A DNA stretch of 64,000 nucleotides from Sphaerodactylus townsendi (lineage: Eukaryota), in assembly GCF_021028975.2 (NCBI RefSeq), contig NC_059425.1, forward strand, positions 44,144,001 through 44,208,000, in the 5' to 3' direction. Below are positions 25,259-40,387 of the stretch, piece by piece. Made by a program: the position numbers and the translations under genes. A model generated the notes under the pieces. The model searched no databases. It had not been told where the DNA came from and saw only the letters and a program-made list of their open reading frames with translations. Each line of letters starts with the position of its first letter. Positions within the stretch are counted from its first letter, which is position 1.

Positions 25259-28200
25259 TATGCATTTTGGGAGCATATGTCAAGATCTTCTCTTGCTTGT
25301 AATCTGCAGAGCCACTTACTTCGTGATGGGTCATCATTACATTCCAAATTTGCCTACCAGCAGTAGACTATGACATAGATTAGGTTGACAGAGTGTATGA
25401 ATACAATCCTTTGCCAGGGATCTGCAACCTTCTACAAGCAAGGGATCAACAAAACAGCCAACATTACAAAAACCTATTTGCATATCTGAGACTATAACTG
25501 ATAACCAACATGTTGATTAATACCCCATAAAGTTTCCATAGTCCAAACACTAGACTATGTTGTCAGTCCTTTACTAGGAATTGGTAAGTGGGGATCTCAC
25601 AATGGCTGATTACGCCAGAAATGCTTACCTCACAACTCTTCTCTGTGCAATGGGCTTGCAGAGGTCTCTCCTCACATTTCTCTGCTTGAGAACTCTACTT
25701 CTTCTGGTTTTCTTAACTCCACCCATCAACAGCCTTAAAGGCACAGATCTGACTGATATTCTCTTCTCCCTCCTTCCCCTGCACACACACTCTCTCTCTG
25801 CTACTGCAAGACAGAGGCTTGTTTTTAAAATAGAAGCTTGTCTGAAAGAAAGTATTTAAAATGTCCTCCTTATCATCATGGAGAGCAGCAGCAGAGCAAG
25901 GGAGGTGGGGTAGAGCATGAAAGAGACCCTGCTAGTGCCGTTCAAAAGCAGACTCTGTTGTTAGTACACTGATAAATCGATACAAACATTTAAAGAAATA
26001 GGAAGGAGTTGGCAACAGTCGACAGAGAGGAGGGGGAGAAAGAAGTGTGTAAAGCTGTGTGAGAAAGTGGGAGGGTGAGACTAGGCAATCTGGCTGAGGT
26101 GGGGGCGGGGAGAGGTCCATGGCAAAGCTGTGTTCACCGGTAGATCTGCCCACTCTGGCTGTGAAGCAAAATTAAATTTGTGTCAGAAGGTGTCTCACTT
26201 GCTGCAGAGAGAATAGAAAATAAAAGTGGGGCTTGAGGAAATACGTCCATACAAGAAATCTTGCCGCGACCCACATTTGCCCCCATCATGCAGCAGATGC
26301 CTTGTGCGTAAATGGCCAATAAGTTATATATGTATATAGAAGAACCCTACACAATTTCTACTGGTGAATTAAAACAATCTGTGCAAGGTTCTTGAAGGAG
26401 AACTTTGGAGCAGTAGCCTGGAAATTCTAAATAAACAAATTCTCACTTAGATTACTGGCAACGTTCATTTCCCGCATTATTTCTGTAACACCTCTCTAAG
26501 AAGCCCTTCAATCCCACAAGAATCTTTGTTTGCCATTCCTTTTATAAACTGGTTATTTTAGCACCCTCCCCCCCAGTATACCTTAAGGATTTCAGTTTCT
26601 GTACTGAAACAGCCACATTGTTCTGTATTACACTATATTTGGATCTTGAACCACAGATTGCAGGCACATTCTACATTTCACAGGAGAGAACACGAAAAGT
26701 AGAGGTGCCAGTTTTGGCCACATGACTTCATGCAAGATGTACTTCCATTCCATGATCAAGATAAGAGAACAGGAGATCTATATTCAGATCCCACCAGACT
26801 TGCTGTAAGTCCTTTGGCAAGCTGTTCTTGGCAGGCTGCAAGGATCACCCCCCCGCCCTGCCCAATTAACTCTAAATTACCATTTATCAGTCATTATTGG
26901 TCTCATTTGCTGTTATACTCGCTGACTTTCAGTGAATTCAAACCTGATTTGAAAACAACAAATTTTTTCTCCTGACAAAGTTACTGTGAAGGTAGGTACA
27001 TGAGGGAATATTAAATATTACCCAACTTGATACATAGACTGGACCAACCACAAAATACACAGGATTACTTTAATCCTTTAATAATAGGTTACTACCAACA
27101 CAGTTGGTCAAAACAGATACTTATTAAATGAATTTCCTGTTCTATCCATAAGATTTGGGGCAGGATTTATTTTTTTAAATGTACCTGTTTTATTGTATAA
27201 TGTAAGATACAAACCTCTATAATAGCTTTCTTTGAACTGGCATTACTTCATATCCTTAGCAGAAGAGATAAGAACACAATAGATAGAAAGAAGGAAAAGA
27301 CCCTGGGTCAACTCCTCAACATTGACCCTACTACTCTAAGGCAGAGCTGCCTTACAGTAAACAAATACGGCTGCCGTTTTGCTGCCTAGGTTGGACTTAA
27401 GTGATCCTACCTAGAACCTCTGCATGTACACAGAGAGCTAATGAGTTTGTCTCTGTCACTAAGCAAATTTAATTCTGCTGGGTGGGTGGCAGTCAGACTA
27501 AACCACCACCAGAGCCAACAATGTACACTGCATTCTATAAAGGAATTAAAATTAAAATTGGTGTTTGGGTGTGCAGGTGTATGCTTGAAGTAATTTGGAG
27601 ACTACGAAGGCAGTCTAAGGAGTCAAGAAATTGGAGTCAACTCAGACATTCTTATTAGAGACACAAGTACTTCATCCATATACTGTTATTACATTGTCTA
27701 TAAACTGCTTGATACATATTGTGTTCTCTTCGAAATATAAATGGGGTGAGATATGGTTGCTAAATAAGACGGTCAGGATGGGATGAAGGACTTTTCCAGA
27801 GAGTCCCATTAAATATTATTTTTCATTACTGTATTTGCAGATCTATAAAAGCCAACAGGGAAATTCCAATATATCAGCAGGTATAGTATTCAGAGGAGCA
27901 CAGAAGATATTACAGGACAGGGCAGCTAGAACAATAGTATCCTTTCACTAGCTGGTACTAGAACATTCCCTGTAGACACAAACAAAACAAATTCCTGATA
28001 GCATCAAGAGTTCCTTATATCAGCACTTTACAAAAAATAATAAAATACTGGAGGTTGACAAATTCAGATTCTTTGTGACACTGGACATTCAGTCTGCATG
28101 ATTTTGTAAACTGATCACACAATAATTGTGTATTCTAGGTACCCAGAAGAAGTAAAGAAAGTCTATTTTCTTCTGCTCTTTAGTGAGACTGCAAAACAGA

Positions 28201-29401
28201 ATTGTTTAGAAAGGCCTCTGGAGTAGAACGAAGGGTTTATGATAAGGTCTCTTTGGAGTTTTACGACTGGGTCTGCTGCGTGACCAAACTGATTATAGTT
28301 GGTTGATTTTATAGTAGGATGTATATTGATTGTTTGAAAAATATTTATTTTGTTTTATGTCTAGCTATGAAACACTTTGTGTCTTGACTTTGTCAAGCTA
28401 AAGGCAGGCACCTAATTATTTTGAACAGATAAACAGATGGTTCATCTAGTACTAAGTTTCACCAGGCGTGGAAGAGAAAAGGTGGAAGAGTTGCTACCAC
28501 CTCATTTTGAGATGAGCTGGGTACATTTAGGCAAGATTGTTGAGGGCATGGATTAGGTGGTGACAATGGCGCATAAAACAGGTGAAAAGAACTGCACGTG
28601 AGTTGTGTTCAGAGAAGGTCTTCAGCAACATGAGGCAATTCAAAAGTCTCATATTCTACACAAGTCTGTCAAGGACAACGAGATGTACATATATGTACAT
28701 CCATGTACATATATAACAAGTGGAACCATATCTGATTCCACATCAAAAGGAGTGCATGGCTTAGGGTAAATGAACATTTCCCATTGCTTCACTCCATTTT
28801 CTACTCAACCAGAAATGGTAGTGTGACACTCTTAATGTTTTTTAAGTCATCAAAACACCCTGCAATATACAGGAATGCAAACAAATTTGGGGCTTTCACA
28901 TGCTTATGGGGCTATCGCATAAGCCCTGAACATACTCTGGGACACCTTTATTACCTCAAGTCACTTCACTATGGCAGCACTCGTAAAGCCTAGCCATCCC
29001 TTTCTCAGAAAGCCTGTTGTAGAAAGCATTGTCACTTCAGCAGGAAATGATAGAAGCAGAATTCGTCCCAGAACCAAGGCCAAAGAAACAAATAATACTC
29101 AAAACATTGCCTATTGGAGAAAAATAGCACCGAAGTCACTATGTAGGATTGTGATATCCAGTCATAGCTTTCCCAAATTCCACAACACAGGATATTGCAT
29201 TAGTGATGAGACACATACCTGAGAATGCCAATCTCAGTGGGTGCATGAAACAACCTTCAGATGTATTAACACAGGTATGCCACTCAACTGACTGCCTACT
29301 CTTTGACCGTAGTAAAAATTTTCAAATATTACGATTAAGCCAAGAATGCCTTGGTGTAGGTGGCAGTTTATCTTTTTTAATTTCATTGCAGTATCATTAG
29401 T

Positions 29402-29507
29402 TAGATGTTCACCTCTAACCTAGCAGCACAGAAAAAGCATCGCTATTTGTCACCTAGATGTTCACCTCTAACCTAGAAGCACAGAAAAAGCATTGCTAAT
29501 TGTCAAC
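29402..29507. repeat. 53-bp tandem duplication
   Basis: tagatgttcacctctaacctag(c/a)agcacagaaaaagcat...tgtca occurs twice with about 4 mismatches. Confidence 0.85.
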
Positions 29508-31031
29508 TGCTATTACTGTGGGCATTTCCCAATAGGGAGCAGTGGCAAAATCGTAACATTTGACTTCCTAAGACAATGTAAATTCTTTAATATTTTCAAA
29601 AGGTTCTTTCATCACTTTAACGGAGACAGCTAATTCATTTTCGAATTACCGTACGCCAATATTTGACTGGTCAATTGGCTCAAATGTCCAATGGATAGTA
29701 AAGAAACCAGTTCTGAAAACTATGCACTCCTGCTCCAATTCACTATGTTTTAGAGGCCAATTGACTGCAAGTTAAAGAATGAATGAATGAATTTAGTATA
29801 CTGAATAAAAGCAGAAACTCTTACTAGATCTATACTCTTTGACAGTCATTGATGTATGAATCTTTGTTGCCAATCATTGATACAACCTACTAAGGCCAGG
29901 GAAAGTCAAACTACAAGACAGATAGGAGCGCAGCTGTGAAGAATATTAGTAGTGACATAATGACAGAACAATACAGATAATCTAGAACAGATGCAGGCCA
30001 TTTCAATAAAATCAACTTTTGGGTATAGCAAGTCAGTAAATACCTTGACAACATTTGAAAATACACTCAGAAAAGGTTCTTAAGCAGTTATGAGGGGGAA
30101 ATAACATTACAGATCAGAAATTAGGGAAAGAAAACAATGAAGAAAAACAATGAAGATGAGAAAGACAGTTAAGATTTTCAGTATGATTCAGAAACCAATA
30201 CAGCAAATTGTTTCTGCAATTTAAAAATTGTGTGATGCATATTAATAAGAATTTCTGAATACCTGATTGCTAAAAAAAATGGTCTTGATATAGCTCAGCA
30301 AAAGCATTTGCCCAGTCATAAAAGCCAGAAAATGTTACATGAGGGCAGGTGAAATTAAAGTAATAAATTCAGTACCGTGATATATACAAGTGTGATGCTA
30401 CCTTAGGAAAAGGCTCTATGAAACTCTAGTCACCTTTTTAAATTTTAAATTCAAAGGGGTGAAAGAAGAATCAAAGAAAGGTTAACCATGGGAAAATAAG
30501 TTTCGAAGCATTACTTTTGTGGTTGGAAGAATGATGACAAAGGGATACAGTCACTTTGGGACTGCACTGTAATTTCAGTTGATTTGGAACAGAGGATGGG
30601 GCAGAACATATACTGTTTGGAGGATCTCCCTTTGCATGGATAAGGGATCCTGACACTGTATTTTGTGCAGTGTGTTATGGCCTTCAGAAGGGACCCTAGT
30701 CCGTTTCTCCACTACGAGACAAAATGAGTCATTCTTCACATTCATTTAAGATGTTTGCCAAACCTCTCATTCAGAGATAACACTTCATGGAAATGGCAAG
30801 CACATCAAATAACTAACCTTTATCATAAGAACTGCCAACACCTTTGAATCTTTTTGATGAAATTCAACAGATGAAAGATTTCTAAAATCCTATTAAAAAA
30901 GAATAATCTTTTTTGTAGAAGACAATGTAGAGGCTTTGTTCCAAAAGTCAGTAACCCATTTATCAAGTTTCCACATGATTTTAAGGCAAAGCAAAAAAAA
31001 CAAAAAACAAAAACACAAAAGCGAATCTTAC

Positions 31032-31156
31032 CAAAATTTAGGAAGATGAGCTTTGCCTGAATACCAGGACAAAGTTTTACTATAAATGGAATGGCTATGT
31101 ACACTCCCAACAACCAGATTACTAGCTTCCGCAATCGAAACCACATTCCATGTCTC
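31032..31156 (-). CDS. ABHD12: ABHD12 exon 2 (transmembrane helix)
   Basis: ttttacag| [41 protein letters not shown] |gtaag. 125 nt, in frame with exons 1 and 3. Confidence 0.97.
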
Positions 31157-31839
31157 CTGTAAAAGAGGATGGGAAAAAAATAAAGATCACACAAAGATCA
31201 AGAAAACTTTGAGCAAGTGCTCTTACAGAGTCAAGAGGATGGTGGGTACTGTTTGTGAAAAATGAGATTGCTTGGTTCAATTGTTTACATACATGAAACT
31301 ACATCAATTTGCTTAAAGGTCTGATGTACAACTTATTTATTTATTAACACATCATGGTCAATTCATCTGGAAGATACTTCTAATAGTTGGCTGCATCCAG
31401 AGCTTTCCCTGCTGCGGCCTCTTAAACTCTAAAACCCCTGCTGGTTCCAGGGACACCCAGTAAAAGTGCCATGCATGATGTGAGGGCGAAAACCAGCAAA
31501 AATCGTACTCCCCACAAATACTCTACTAGCAGAGGTTTCTTTCTCCACCAGTGAAAAGTGTCCCAGATCCAACTTCATGCTTGCATAATGCGAACCTTAT
31601 ATATGGCACTTAACATCATAATAAAGACATTGATTTCTCAACACAGGAAGTTTACAAATTACATTCTGATAGCTAGGAAAACAGAAAGGGAGCGGCAAGA
31701 GCAATATGAGATGAAGATGAGCATGATTAGGAGAAAATGATGTTTTTCCTATTCTGCTTACATTTCAGACAAAATCAATTCTATTTCTTGAACTACTCTG
31801 AATATGTAAAGATAGGATGCACCTACATGTACATTTCAA

Positions 31840-32035
31840 CCCTGACCTGGATGACTCAGGTTAGCTTGATCTGAAGCTAAGCAGGGTCAGCCCTGGTTAA
31901 CATTTTAAATGGGAGACCACCAAGCAATGTCAGGGTTGCTATGCAGAGCAAGACAATGGCAAGCCTTTGTTAGTCTTGAAAACACCATAAGGGTTGCCAT
32001 AAGTCAGCTGTGACTTGATATAACTTTACACACAC
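31840..32035 (+). mobile_element. SINE with a 5S rRNA-like head (second copy at ~55560-55710)
   Basis: gatct..gaagctaagcagggtcagccctggtta...atgggagaccacc resembles the 5S internal control region and is followed by a non-5S body. Confidence 0.65.
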
Positions 32036-35000
32036 ACACCCCACAAACATTTCTGCAACAAAAAATGTGCTAGAGACTTTTTTAAAAAAATGAAAAGAGA
32101 GCCCAATATATATTTTAGAGTAATGGTATAGCAATATAATGACATACATTGCTGATTAAAAATGAAAAACTACCAGGGATACCTATTAATTGCCACTCTA
32201 TCTTAATAGCCACAGAAGCAACAGAAAAACTACATGGACCTATGCACATATGGGAAACACCTATGTGTACATTGTAAAGTAAATATTACAAAAATACTTT
32301 AAGCCTCCACTGCCCTCTCCTCCAAAGGGAACCAATCCAAGTAAGCTACCACTGAAATTTCTTATTGTTTGGAGAAGTGGAGTACATAACTATCTACTGC
32401 CATGAAACAAAACCAATAAAATGTTGCTGATTGTAGTCAAGTGGCATCTAAGAATGAGCATGGATTCTGGCTGAATCTCTTCTAACACTAAAAAAACCTT
32501 AAAAGCTTCACAAAACATCATTTTCCAAACTATTCTCTGGAAGAAGCAAATACAGCAAAGATGAGGGGTTCTTTTTTGTTGTTGCTATAATGCAGGGTGG
32601 AAAAATCCTTCATGACAACACTACACTTTATCAGGTTAATTTAGACCAGAGTTTTTAAACTGAGGTCTGTTTACATCAGGTAAATCCAAACAATCAGAGG
32701 ATAAGGTTTAGGCAACTTCATACACTGTGGGTTAAAAAAATATGAAACCAAAAATCTGCTGGAATAATCCAGAAAGGAATAAAACATCAACAGGAAAAGA
32801 CTTCATTGAGAGACATATTACCCAAGCAACTTCGTTACTCAAGTAGTTCAGACAAGAACACATGATTATTAATCATAACTAGTCACTTCTGCTTTGTGTT
32901 GAATGAGAATCTAGCTTGAAATGTTTTCCTACAAGACAGCTTCTCCTAAAGAGGCTCAAACAGATATTTTAAATCAAAACAAAACATTAGAAAAACTCAG
33001 GCAGATAGATGCTCAGAACTGCTTCTCATTCTCAAACTTGGGAAATTCAATCTGGGGGAGGGACTGAGTCCCCCTCTGGAGCTAGTGTATCCCCGCACCA
33101 GCAGAAATACCCTTTCCACTGGCGCAAGCGGTAAATGCGCTGGTGCCACACAACTCTATGGCACCCAACTTATAAGCAGCCAGGTGCCACACAACTCTAT
33201 AGCACCTGACTTATAAGCTGGCTCTGTCGACCAGGCTTACTGGCGCAAAACACCATGCTGGCAGGACTAGAGGTGTTCCGGGGGTGGGGCCGACATCAGT
33301 CAGTTCCAGAGCCTGATTGACTGCCTTGCACCAACAGAGCCACCCACAGAGATATATCTATATTCCCAGCTATGGGGGATTCTCCTCCTTCTTAAAAAAA
33401 ACTTTTTAGGGCTTCCCACACCATGGGAAAGTCCTTTGGAGGGGGTGAGGCAGCGCCGGAATGGCACTGTCCCCGCCCACCTGACAGCTCTGGATTACGC
33501 TGTAAATATTTCAAAATCCTACTGTAAAATTAGCACATGTCTTCTAAAAACGATTGTATGTACAATTTAGAATCTACTTGTTTCACTTTTTTTTCCAGGG
33601 TAGGAAGGTCACAAGTATTGACATTGCAGAATTTAGGAACAGTCTGAGAACGTATGGCATGGAATGTTATGGTTGATTTTATTCTTATATTTCATAATGC
33701 TGTGAGCCGCCAAAAGCCTGTTGTCAGGAAAGGGTGGCCTGTAAATCAAATAAATCAAATCAAATACAGATATGCAGCACAACCCCTTGATGTCAAGAAT
33801 GCAACTACAATTGACATGCTTTTTGTGACAATAAAAGGCGCTGTAGCTAACCCAAAAGGTTACACATTATATTCATAGTAGTTATACCCACATTCAATCC
33901 ATAAAAACTTTATCTAATATTCCTGGATAAATATATGAAAGTGCATGTCCTTTGGATCAAGGCCTGCAAACCAAATGTCTTACAGATAACAAAGGAAGGA
34001 TGTCTGAAAGGGAGAATTTATTACATTTTAAAACCTTTAGAAACTTGTTAAGAAATCCAGTCCTGGCCTCTTATCACCAGCTTCCCAAGCCACAATAAAG
34101 TACCTCAAGCAAAACCCTCTTTCACCAAAAAGAGAGTTAACTTGACTAATGGTCACATTCTGTAGCAGCACAGAAACCTCAGCTGCTAGGAGAGGTGAAG
34201 AGGTGGAAGAAACACAGTGAGGGATAGATTTAAAATGCAAACAATAACCAAATTTTATTATGGAAAGGACCCAGGGATCTTGAATGATTAAAGACCACTG
34301 TGCTAATCTATCCAGTGCTAATCTATCCAGAAATTGGCAATCAGTGCCCTGTAGTCATGCCACCTGTTTTCTCCTGGGTGGAGAGTTTGGGGGACTGACC
34401 TGCCTGTTTAGAACTGAGGGAGGAGTGCTCTCCCCACCTCCATCACATGACCATTTGGGCAGCCAACCACCCTGCTCTTGTCTCAAGATGGCACACCAAG
34501 CACTCTGAAGCTTCTGAAAGCTTACTAGTCAGTTCTCGTTGGCCAGCCTGCACCTACACAGTCCCATAAGAGATTCCACTGAAAACACAATGATGAACAT
34601 GTCTTATACCCTCAGCCTCCACAGGCTTAAATACACTTTAAAAAGTCATTATAAACACAGTTTGACTAGTACTGTGAGAAAAAAATAGGTGATAATTATG
34701 AACACAATGTACACACAATTACTGGAGGCCTGAAGCCAAATATATTTGCTACACTGTGGTAATTGGGGAAAAAATGAATAAAGGTACTCATACTCATTAC
34801 TGCAAGAAATTCTAGGGAATATTAATAAATGAATAAGAACAGTTACCAAAAAAATTGTAACAGGGATTGTATATACCTGAACAAAAATTAGGGTTACAGA
34901 CGGCGATATTACATAAACAGAAGCAACTGGAAGAGAAGTTGAACAAAGATTTTAAATGACTGCCCTTGAAGAGGATTCAGAATGTAAACTACAACTGGCA

Positions 35001-37817
35001 ATAGAAAGCTGAAGCAAGAAGGCTTACTGGAGGAGGTTATAAGCACCATATCACTCCAGTCTTGTGACATTTACACTCCCTGTTTGCTTCCAGGCCCAAT
35101 TTAAAGTCCCATGTGGCTTTAGCATAAGCATACAACCAAAAAAAGTTCCTGGAATAATATCTAAACACATTCACAGTTCAAAATAGATACAAGCCCAGAT
35201 TCTTGTCATTGTTTTCTAGTAAAAATATTATGCCAAAGAATGAAAGCAAGGTCCATGTTGTGACCAAGCAAATAAACCAGGAAATATATTAACTCACAAT
35301 TTTCAACAGTTAAAAAACCAAACATCAAAAAGTGATAAGTCCATCTTTTGTTTCCCCTCAGCTGAAAAACGTGTAAATTACTACATTGAAGATTCTCAAA
35401 ACTGAACTGTTAAATCAAGATTTGAAAGTTATGACTTCTACTATGGTCAGAAGAATTAATTCAGTTTTGTATACTTATTTCTAGAGGTGAAAAAAGATTG
35501 ATCAAAAGCCACATGTTCAAGATCATCAGGAGATCACTACAGAATTTAAAGATGAACGATTTTATAAAGGGAATGAAGGAACTAACATCAGTGTTTCTTG
35601 ATGCTGAAAAAAGCTTTTGGTGCTGTAGAGTGAAGATATCTTCATACAGTGCCTAATAAAATGGATACAGGGAAAAGCACCATTCATGGCTGTAAAGCCG
35701 AGGATTAATTTGCCCTAGGCGCGAGACAGTTCAGGCCATCTGAATAGTAACCATCCAATGGGAACATGTATTGAAGGGACTATATAAGTAATCCTCACCC
35801 GTATATAAGTAATCCTTATGCAAGTATACAAGTAATCCTTGTCCCTATATACGTAATCCTTGTTGGCTTTTGTTGCCTGCTGTCGAGAATGAGAGAGGAG
35901 CAGGCCAGAGCTTCAGAGATGCAAGAACAAGACTTACTGAGACTTGGCAGTTGAGTGACAAATTGTTTGGCTGAGTGGAGGTGAAGAGTTTTTTGTTTAC
36001 TTGAATTCCATGCAGTGAAGAGTACATGTAGTGGCTGACAGTCAATGAATGGAAGGTATAGAAGTGAACCCCCTTTTTCCTTTTCCAGCTAAGCCTCCAC
36101 CCACCCCCTTCCAACCATCACAACTCCCCCCCAATCTGGTTAGGGTACCAGTTGATTTCAACAGGGGCGTATCTAGCTAAAATGAAGCCTGAAGCTCACC
36201 CTGTGTGCCACCCCCTCCAGGAGAGACCCAGGAAGAAAGATCCCCACCCAGGGCACACAGACTCTGAAGTTGAGCCCAGTGGATCATGCCTCAGTGTTGC
36301 CCCACACCCAGAGGCGTGCCCCATTTAAAAGAGGGTTCTGATGAGACCCTCTCCACTGTAGGGTGGGGAAAGGCCTACTGTGTTGTTTTCTTGCTGCCTC
36401 AGGAATCCATCAGTGATCCGGCTTAGATATATCCACTCAAAAAAGCCTAAGCAATGCAGAAGAAGTAGGCTAAGGAGAAACAATGCAGTCACTTTACTGC
36501 AATGAACTGTGCCAGCATCAGGAGGAGGTCTTAGTGAATTTTGTGAGGGTGCTGAATTTAGCTGCCATTTCCTATGGAGTGACCTCTAAATTGGTGCCCA
36601 TATAGTGACCTGGGGCCAGGTGGCCATTTTGTTAGCCCTCATTGGCACATCTTTATCACCCCCTCCCTGTGTAATTAAAAATCATAACATTAAATACATA
36701 TTTTGATAAGTAAGGGACAGAAGAGGGACAGAAAGCGGGAGAGGGGGAGATAAAAGTAGATAAACTGGTGGGTGTGAATGAAGCAGGAAAAGGGGAGAGG
36801 CTATGGAAAGGAAAGATAAAGCAGTGGGGAATAGGAAAACGAGATACTCCCTGCTTGTAGATTCAATATTCCTACAAAAGACTTCAAGAGAAATATGTTG
36901 TAACAGATCACAGATCATGTTAACAGTTCATAGCTCAGTAATCTCTACTTCTAAGCCAATTCTACCCACAACTATTTTTCCTTAACCCCATAAAGGCACA
37001 GAAAAGAAAAACAGGAAATGAAAATTATTCTGGGAACCAGAGTTTCGAGGCAATTACCTCAAATGGTCTGGATGTCATCACAGTCACCACAATTAGTCTC
37101 TGGGTTGCAGCCCCAGTTGAATTTGAAGCCCTTTTGTACATCTATCTACCTGCAGAGTTATGGAACTGTCACTGGCTGTTATAAGTCTTTGAATGATCCC
37201 ATAACTTTATTTATCCCACAACTTTGTCTCCCAGCATTTCATTGATTAGGACATAAATATATTCCATGGCATCTGCTAAATAGTGACTGACTTTGGCCTT
37301 GTTCCAGACAAAGTTAAAGAAACTCACCAATCAGATGAGGCAGCCTGATAAACCAAACAGAACTGTAACTGAAAGACCGCCTAGTCAGCCCTGGAAATCA
37401 ATTTAGCACTGCTTCTACCTCACAAATTTTCTTCACTGGCCCAAACATACCTGTATATTATGCACGACTCAAGAGAAACAAAGGGGACAACTTTTATAAT
37501 GCTTTTGTACCTGTGGCCAATGTTAATGCATCATAAGCAGATAGGTAATAATCATGTTCACAAGGTACATTAGAAATATTTGATAGGAGCACTCTTAGAG
37601 GAAAATGGTGGAGCAGGTCTTTTCCCATCATCCCCTAAGAGTCTTCTGCCCGAAAAATCCTAAGGACTGGGGGACCTTGCAACAAAATTCACCATAGTCT
37701 AAGTGATAAGGGGAAAGAAGGGAAAAGAGACCCTCGTTCATGCTGTTCTGCGGATGCAAGCCACCAATGGAAGAGTGAGAGGGAGGTGACTGTGCATGGT
37801 TTCCCTTTCCCCTAAAG

Positions 37818-37924
37818 CACAGGTGTCAAACTCGCAGCCCTTCACATGTTATGGACTACAGTTCCAATCATCCCCTACCAGAATCATCCATAACATCTGG
37901 AGGGCCGCGAGTTTGACACCTATG
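37818..37924. mobile_element. hAT MITE
   Basis: TIR ca(c/t)aggtgtcaaactcgc. Perfect 8-bp TSD ccctaaag (37810-37817, 37925-37932). Confidence 0.9.
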
Positions 37925-40387
37925 CCCTAAAGCATCCAGTATTTATAATGTGAGGTTCTTAGAATTGTTAAAAAAGGATTTGGGGAGCAGGCAGGGAGTT
38001 GTTTCAGAAACTACTGATCCCAGTTTTAATTTACACCACTACAAAGAGAAGAGAGACATTTCCTTTGTGAGCAAAGCAGACAGCTTGTTTCAAATCTTGT
38101 GCAAAAATTCTGAGGGATACCACAATCTCATCTCAGTGTCTAAAGCCATTAGCTCATTGTCTTGTAAAAGTAAATAGGGAGTATTAAGTCAAAAGCGGAA
38201 ATAAGGCACAATTAAAAACTGGTGATTAAGTTTCTACTGTGCTCTATTCAAAGTGCTGGTTATGATCTTCCTCATCTAAAGTAGTACTTTATGTGGCACT
38301 GTTATTTGAAATAAGGTGGACATCCAAGCAAAACAGGGCTTTTTTTTTCTGTAACCATGCCTTGATAATGGAGCACATTCTCTCCCCCTGACACCCCCCA
38401 CTTTTTAGCTGATGCTAAAGGTTTCCAGTGCCAGCTAGAAAACTGCTTACTAATGTAAGCTGTGTATTTTTTTAAAAATGTAAATCTGCCATTATTGTAC
38501 GGTGGTATCAACCATTTATACTGGTGGAATTAGTGGTATCAGTTGTTTACACTGAATTTTAATTTTCTATCAGCTGTTCTGACCACCCATTGGTAGAGAA
38601 TGTGGAATAGAAATGATATAAAGAAATTTTTCAAGAAAGAAATGATTGAAATATTTCCACAGTTATCTACTTCCTGTCACAGACTTAAGACTAAAAAAAT
38701 TTAAAGCGCCAGGGTGCATGCAGAGTAAGCAACTAGGGAAAGAAGGAAACAAGCGATCTTACACCCACAGCAGAAAAATAAAACAGGAGCTCAAAAGGAT
38801 GAACTTCCCACTGCTACTTAGAGTCATAGAGGTTGATGACTAACTCTGCCTTATTTCTTTATGCCACAGGGGAATACTCCCAGCAATAGAAAGGCAGCTC
38901 ACAGGTACTTGCCAGTTCTTACTGGGCAAGGAAGTAATCACAACATGAAAAAAAAAAAAACTAGGTTTCCCCCTATGAAGTTGTATGTATGTGCATGTAT
39001 TTTAGAGAGCTACCAAATCAGACTATCCAGGTCAAGTACTGCTTACTGGAAGAGGCTCTTCAGGTCTCAGGAGACATCTCCTCTACACAGTATCGAGGAT
39101 TCTTTATTGAGAAATAAAACAAATCACACAGCCTACCACCAACCAATAATCTCTAAAAGGAACTGAGCAGTTGATGAAGCTATTTACTTCTGTTCGTGAA
39201 AACACTAAATAATTACTCCCAGTGGATATTGTGACTACTGCACTTCTGGGATGAAAAGAACAGTCAGGGAATTGGCTTCTAGTTCCTTGGCTCGTCTTAT
39301 TTATTACATTTTCTCCTTCACTGTTTCCAAATAGCCGCTTCTGTATGTATGCCTATAGGGTAAAAATTCTCAAATATAAAATGAGATTTCCTCCCCACAT
39401 ATAAGCACATCTGCCCCTGCTGAGTCACATACAAACCCCAAAGAAATTACCCAAACAATACAAGCCTGTGGAATCTGTGAACCTTCTGGCAACTTGAGCC
39501 TGCTTGACAATTATGATCTTCCCCACAAACCTTACACTGTAAAGTTAGTATCTACCAGAGCAGAAATGTCTTGCTTCTGGCATCTCATCTATGAAACTCC
39601 CTTCCTGTAGCTATTCAGTAGCATCAGGCTTTAAGATGAAACATTTGCTTGAACTTTTTTGTACTGTTGGTGCCTGACAACATATGAACTGCCCTGGTTG
39701 TTATTTTTTAAATGCCGGTTCTGATCTCATTTGTTTTAATTGCTTTTATATTTAATAATTTGATATTTATTACTTTTCTGGTTTTTTCTTCTGGTTTCTG
39801 TTCCTTTGGGTTTCACTGCAGCTTTCACTGGCAGCCCCATCTAAGTCCACGCTGTCCTGTTGCTCCCAAAGGGGCTTCCCAGAAGTGTGGGAAGGCTTCA
39901 CAAGCACCCACTGGCCTTAACAGACTTACCCACTGGCCTTAACAGACTTACACTGCCCAAAAGGGTTGCGTACATCTGATTTCCTGGCCGCTGGTGCAAT
40001 GTGTCAGTTTCTCCCCCACTAATGTCAGCTCCTCCTCCACCATGCCCTCAGTCCACCCCCACTACACTGCTGGCAGGGTCATTGGTGCAGTGTCCAGCAC
40101 TGCATCCTACTGCTAAGGAGGGTGGCGGCAGCCACACTGTGGTGGTTTCACCCTCCCACCAGGGCAAGTGCCCCAGAGAGGGCAAATCCACTACTGCAGC
40201 TGCCCCACCATTCCATGAGCAAACCCCCCACCTCTGGATGGGACTGTGAATTTTTTTGCCTGAATTTGTGGGTTCCTTTCCCCTTATTATGCTTTACTGC
40301 TTAAGTTACGTAAGCCACCTTGTGGAATTCAGCCAAGAATGAAGGATATAAAGATTTTTTAAAAATAAAATAAACTGTTTACATGCC

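Noticed and set aside
31855-31945. 5S rRNA gene (also ~55570-55660)
   Set aside because: Partial, diverged and fused to a SINE body, so it is a 5S-derived repeat head and not an rRNA gene.
35780-35860. Short spaced repeats (tataagtaatcct x4) and other small duplications (33142-33218, 39908-39950)
   Set aside because: Ordinary slippage-type tandem repeats in a eukaryotic intron, not a CRISPR-like array.
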